Assembly: GCF_902713615.1 (NCBI RefSeq)
Contig: NC_052158.1
Span: 40,105,729-40,169,728, forward strand
Length of the DNA: 64,000 nt
From: Scyliorhinus canicula
Taxonomy: Eukaryota
Reading direction: 5' to 3'
The notes under the pieces were generated by a model that saw only the letters and a list, made by a program, of their open reading frames with translations, was not told the origin of the DNA and ran no database searches. This document shows, piece by piece, positions 60,201 through 64,000 of this stretch (positions are counted from its first letter, which is position 1; every line of letters starts with the position of its first letter). A program made the position numbers and the translations under genes.

Positions 60201-63200
60201 GCTCAGTGTCACTCAGGGCCCTGCAATCTGGCTCACTGTCTTGTGCTCTCAGTGTCTGAGCTCAGTGTCTGAGCTCAGGGCCCTGCAATCTGGCTCACTG
60301 TCTTGTGCTCTCAGTGTCTGAGCTCAGTGTCACTCAGGGCCTTGCAATCTGGCTCACTGTCTTGTGCTCTCAGTGTCTGAGCTCAGTGTCACTCAGGGCC
60401 CTGCAATCTGGCTCACTGTCTTGTGCTCTCAGTGTCTGAGCTCAGTGTCACTCAGGGTCCTGCAATCTGGCTCACTGTCTTGTGCTCTCAGTGTCTGAGC
60501 TCAGTGTCACTCAGGGTCCTGCAATCTGGCTCACTGTCTTGTGCTCTCAGTGTCTGAGCTCAGTGTCACACAGGGCCCTGCAATCTGGCTCACTGTCTTG
60601 TGCTCTCAGTGTCTGAGCTCAGTGTCTGAGCTCAGGGTCCTGCAATCTGGCTCACTGTCTTGTGCTCTCAGTGTCTGAGCTCAGTGTCACACAGGGCCCT
60701 GCAATCTGGCTCACTGTCTTGTGCTCTCAGTGTCTGAGCTCATGGCCCTGCAATCTGGCTCACTGTCTTGTGTTCTCAGTGTCTGAGCTCAGTGTCACTC
60801 AGGGCCTTGCAATCTGGCTCACTGTCTTGTGCTCTCAGTGTCTGAGCTCAGTGTCACTCAGGGCCCTGCAATCTGGCTCACTGTCTTGTGTTCTCAGTGT
60901 CTGAGCTCAGTGTCACTCAGGGCCTTGCAATCTGGCTCACTGTCTTGTGCTCTCAGTGTCTGAGCTCAGGGTCCAGCAATCTGGCTCACTGTCTTGTGTT
61001 CTCAGTGTCTGAGCTCAGTGTCACTGAGGGCCCTGCAATCTGGCTCACTGTCTTGTGCTCTCAGTGTCTGAGCTCAGTGTCACTCAGGGCCCTGCAATCT
61101 GGCTCACTGTCTTGTGCTCTCAGTGTCTGAGCTCAGTGTCACTGAGGGCCTTGCAATATGGCTCACTGTCTTGTGCTCTCAGTGTCTGAGCTCAGTGTCA
61201 CTCAGGGTCCTGCAATCTGGCTCACTGTCTTGTGCTCTCAGTGTCTGAGCTCAGGGTCCTGCAATCTGGCTCACTGTCTTGTGCTCTCAGTGTCTGAGCT
61301 CAGTGTCACTCAGGGTCCTGCAATCTGGCTCACTGTCTTGTGCTCTCAGTGTCTGAGCTCAGTGTCACTCAGGGTCCTGCAATCTGGCTCACTGTCTTGT
61401 GCTCTCAGTGTCTGAGCTCAGTGTCACTCAGGGCCCTGCAATCTGGCTCACTGTCTTGTGCTCTCAGTGTCTGAGCTCAGTGTCACTCAGGGTCCTGCAA
61501 TCTGGCTCACTGTCTTGTGCTCTCAGTGTCTGAGCTCAGTGTCACTCAGGGCCTTGCAATCTGGCTCACTGTCTTGTGTTCGCAGTGTCTGAGCTCAGTG
61601 TCACTCAGGGCCCTGCAATCTGGCTCACTGTCTTGTGCTCTCAGTGTCTGAGCTCAGTGTCACTCAGGGCCTTGCAATCTGGCTCACTGTCTTGTGCTCT
61701 CAGTGTCTGAGCTCAGTGTCACTCAGGGTCCTGCAATCTGGCTCACTGTCTTGTGCTCTCAGTGTCTGAGCTCAGGGTCCTGCAATCTGGCTCACTGTCT
61801 TGTGCTCTCAGTGTCTGAGCTCAGTGTCACTCAGGGTCCTGCAATCTGGCTCACTGTCTTGTGCTCTCAGTGTCTGAGCTCAGGGCCCTGCAATCTGGCT
61901 CACTGTCTTGTGCTCTCAGTGTCTGAGCTCAGGGCCCTGCAATCTGGCTCACTGTCTTGTGCTCTCAGTGTCTGAGCTCAGTGTCACTCAGGGCCCTGCA
62001 ATCTGGCTCACTGTCTTGTGCTCTCAGTGTCTGAGCTCAGTGTCTGAGCTCAGGGTCCTGCAATCTGGCTCACTGTCTTGTGCTCTCAGTGTCTGAGCTC
62101 AGTATCACACAGGGCCCTGCAATCTGGCTCACTGTCTTGTGCTCTCAGTGTCTGAGCTCAGTGTCACTCAGGGCCCTGCAATCTGGCTCACTGTCTTGTG
62201 CTCTCAGTGTCTGAGCTCAGTGTCTGAGCTCAGGGCCCTGCAATCTGGCTCACTGTCTTGTGCTCTCAGTGTCTGAGCTCAGTGTCACTCAGGGCCCTGC
62301 AATCTGGCTCACTGTCTTGTGCTCTCAGTGTCTGAGCTCAGTGTCTGAGCTCAGGGTCCTGCAATCTGGCTCACTGTCTTGTGCTCTCAGTGTCTGAGCT
62401 CAGTATCACACAGGGCCCTGCAATCTGGCTCACTGTCTTGTGTTCTCAGTGTCTGAGCTCAGTGTCACTCAGGGCCCTGCAATCTGGCTCACTGTCTTGT
62501 GCTCTCAGTGTCTGAGCTCAGTGTCACTCAGGGCCCTGCAATCTGGCTCACTGTCTTGTGCTCTCAGTGTCTGAGCTCAGTGTCTGAGCTCAGGGCCCTG
62601 CAATCTGGCTCACTGTCTTGTGCTCTCAGTGTCTGAGCTCAGTGTCACACAGGGCCTTGCAATCTGGCTCACTGTCTTGTGTTCTCAGTGTCTGAGCTCA
62701 GTATCACACAGGGTCCTGCAATCTGGCTCACTGTCTTGTGCTCTCAGTGTCTGAGCTCAGTGTCACTCAGGGCCTTGCAATCTGGCTCACTGTCTTGTGC
62801 TCTCAGTGTCTGAGCTCAGTGTCACTGAGGGCCTTGCAATCTGGCTCACTGTCTTGTGCTCTCAGTGTCTGAGCTCAGTGTCACTCAGGGTCCTGCAATC
62901 TGGCTCACTGTCTTGTGCTCGCAGTGTCTGAGCTCAGTGTCACTCAGGGTCCTGCAATCTGGCTCACTGTCTTGTGCTCTCAGTGTCTGAGCTCAGTGTC
63001 ACTCAGGGTCCTGCAATCTGGCTCACTGTCTTGTGCTCTCAGTGTCTGAGCTCAGTATCACACAGGGTCCTGCAATCTGGCTCACTGTCTTGTGCTCTCA
63101 GTGTCTGAGCTCAGTGTCACTGAGGGCCTTGCAATCTGGCTCACTGTCTTGTGCTCTCAGTGTCTGAGCTCAGTGTCACTCAGGGTCCTGCAATCTGGCT

Positions 63201-64000
63201 CACTGTCTTGTGCTCTCAGTGTCTGAGCTCAGTGTCACTCAGGGTCCTGCAATCTGGCTCACTGTCTTGTGTTCTCAGTGTCTGAGCTCAGTGTCACTCA
63301 GGGTCCTGCAATCTGGCTCACTGTCTTGTGCTCTCAGTGTCTGAGCTCAGTGTCACTCAGGGCCCTGCAATCTGGCTCACTGTCTTGTGCTCTCAGTGTC
63401 TGAGCTCAGTGTCACTCAGGGCCCTGCAATCTGGCTCACTGTCTTGTGCTCTCAGTGTCTGAGCTCATGGCCCTGCAATCTGGCTCACTGTCTTGTGCTC
63501 TCAGTGTCTGAGCTCAGTGTCACTGAGGGCCTTGCAATCTGGCTCACTGTCTTGTGTTCTCAGTGTCTGAGCTCAGTGTCTGAGCTCAGGGCCCTGCAAT
63601 CTGGCTCACTGTCTTGTGTTCTCAGTGTCTGAGCTCAGTGTCACTCAGGGCCCTGCAATCTGGCTCACTGTCTTGTGCTCTCAGTGTCTGAGCTCAGTGT
63701 CACTGAGGGCCTTGCAATCTGGCTCACTGTCTTGTGCTCTCAGTGTCTGAGCTCAGTGTCACTCAGGGCCCTGCAATCTGGCTCACTGTCTTGTGCTCTC
63801 AGTGTCTGAGCTCAGTGTCACTCAGGGTCCTGCAATCTGGCTCACTGTCTTGTGCTCTCAGTGTCTGAGCTCAGTGTCACTCAGGGTCCTGCAATCTGGC
63901 TCACTGTCTTGTGCTCTCAGTGTCTGAGCTCAGTGTCTGAGCTCAGGGCCCTGCAATCTGGCTCACTGTCTTGTGCTCTCAGTGTCTGAGCTCAGGGTCC
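54205..64000. repeat. Modular satellite with 49/59/62-bp units; runs off the right edge
   Basis: 34-bp core CAGGG(C/T)CCTGCAATCTGGCTCACTGTCTTGTG(C/T)T plus variable 13-bp CTCAGTGTCTGAG and 10-bp CTCAGTGTCA modules. Confidence 0.99.

Noticed and set aside
54205-64000. Many repeated Cys/Ser/Leu ORFs
   Set aside because: Satellite translations, mostly with non-ATG starts.

Overview
Repeat-dense eukaryotic DNA, almost certainly from a cartilaginous fish (inferred from the class I exon sequences, HE1-like SINEs and CR1 LINEs); it looks like part of an MHC class I(-like) gene cluster. A minus-strand class I pseudogene body (alpha2, alpha3, TM, three cytoplasmic/3'UTR exons) spans about 13.6-25.5 kb, with no alpha1 exon recognisable in the window. 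Two paralogous promoter + signal-peptide exons lie at 10.4 kb (minus, intact) and 32.2 kb (plus, premature stop). Large satellites fill both ends (40-bp unit at 1-9.4 kb; 49/59/62-bp units at 54.2-64 kb). Mobile elements include one very young, nearly intact Gypsy LTR retrotransposon, three deleted relatives, solo LTRs, a nested Harbinger-type element with Myb/SANT remnants, MITEs, CR1 fragments, several SINE families, and a 10.4-kb env-bearing endogenous retrovirus (tRNA-Phe PBS, 4-bp TSD). The most interesting signal is in two sequence-divergent Gypsy elements. Neither has a tRNA PBS. Instead, the PBS position is a perfect reverse complement of the element's own LTR poly(A)-signal segment, with a conserved 51-52 nt loop. 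This suggests self-priming and/or 5'-LTR-specific masking of the poly(A) signal. All coordinates were read by eye; no alignments or database searches were run.
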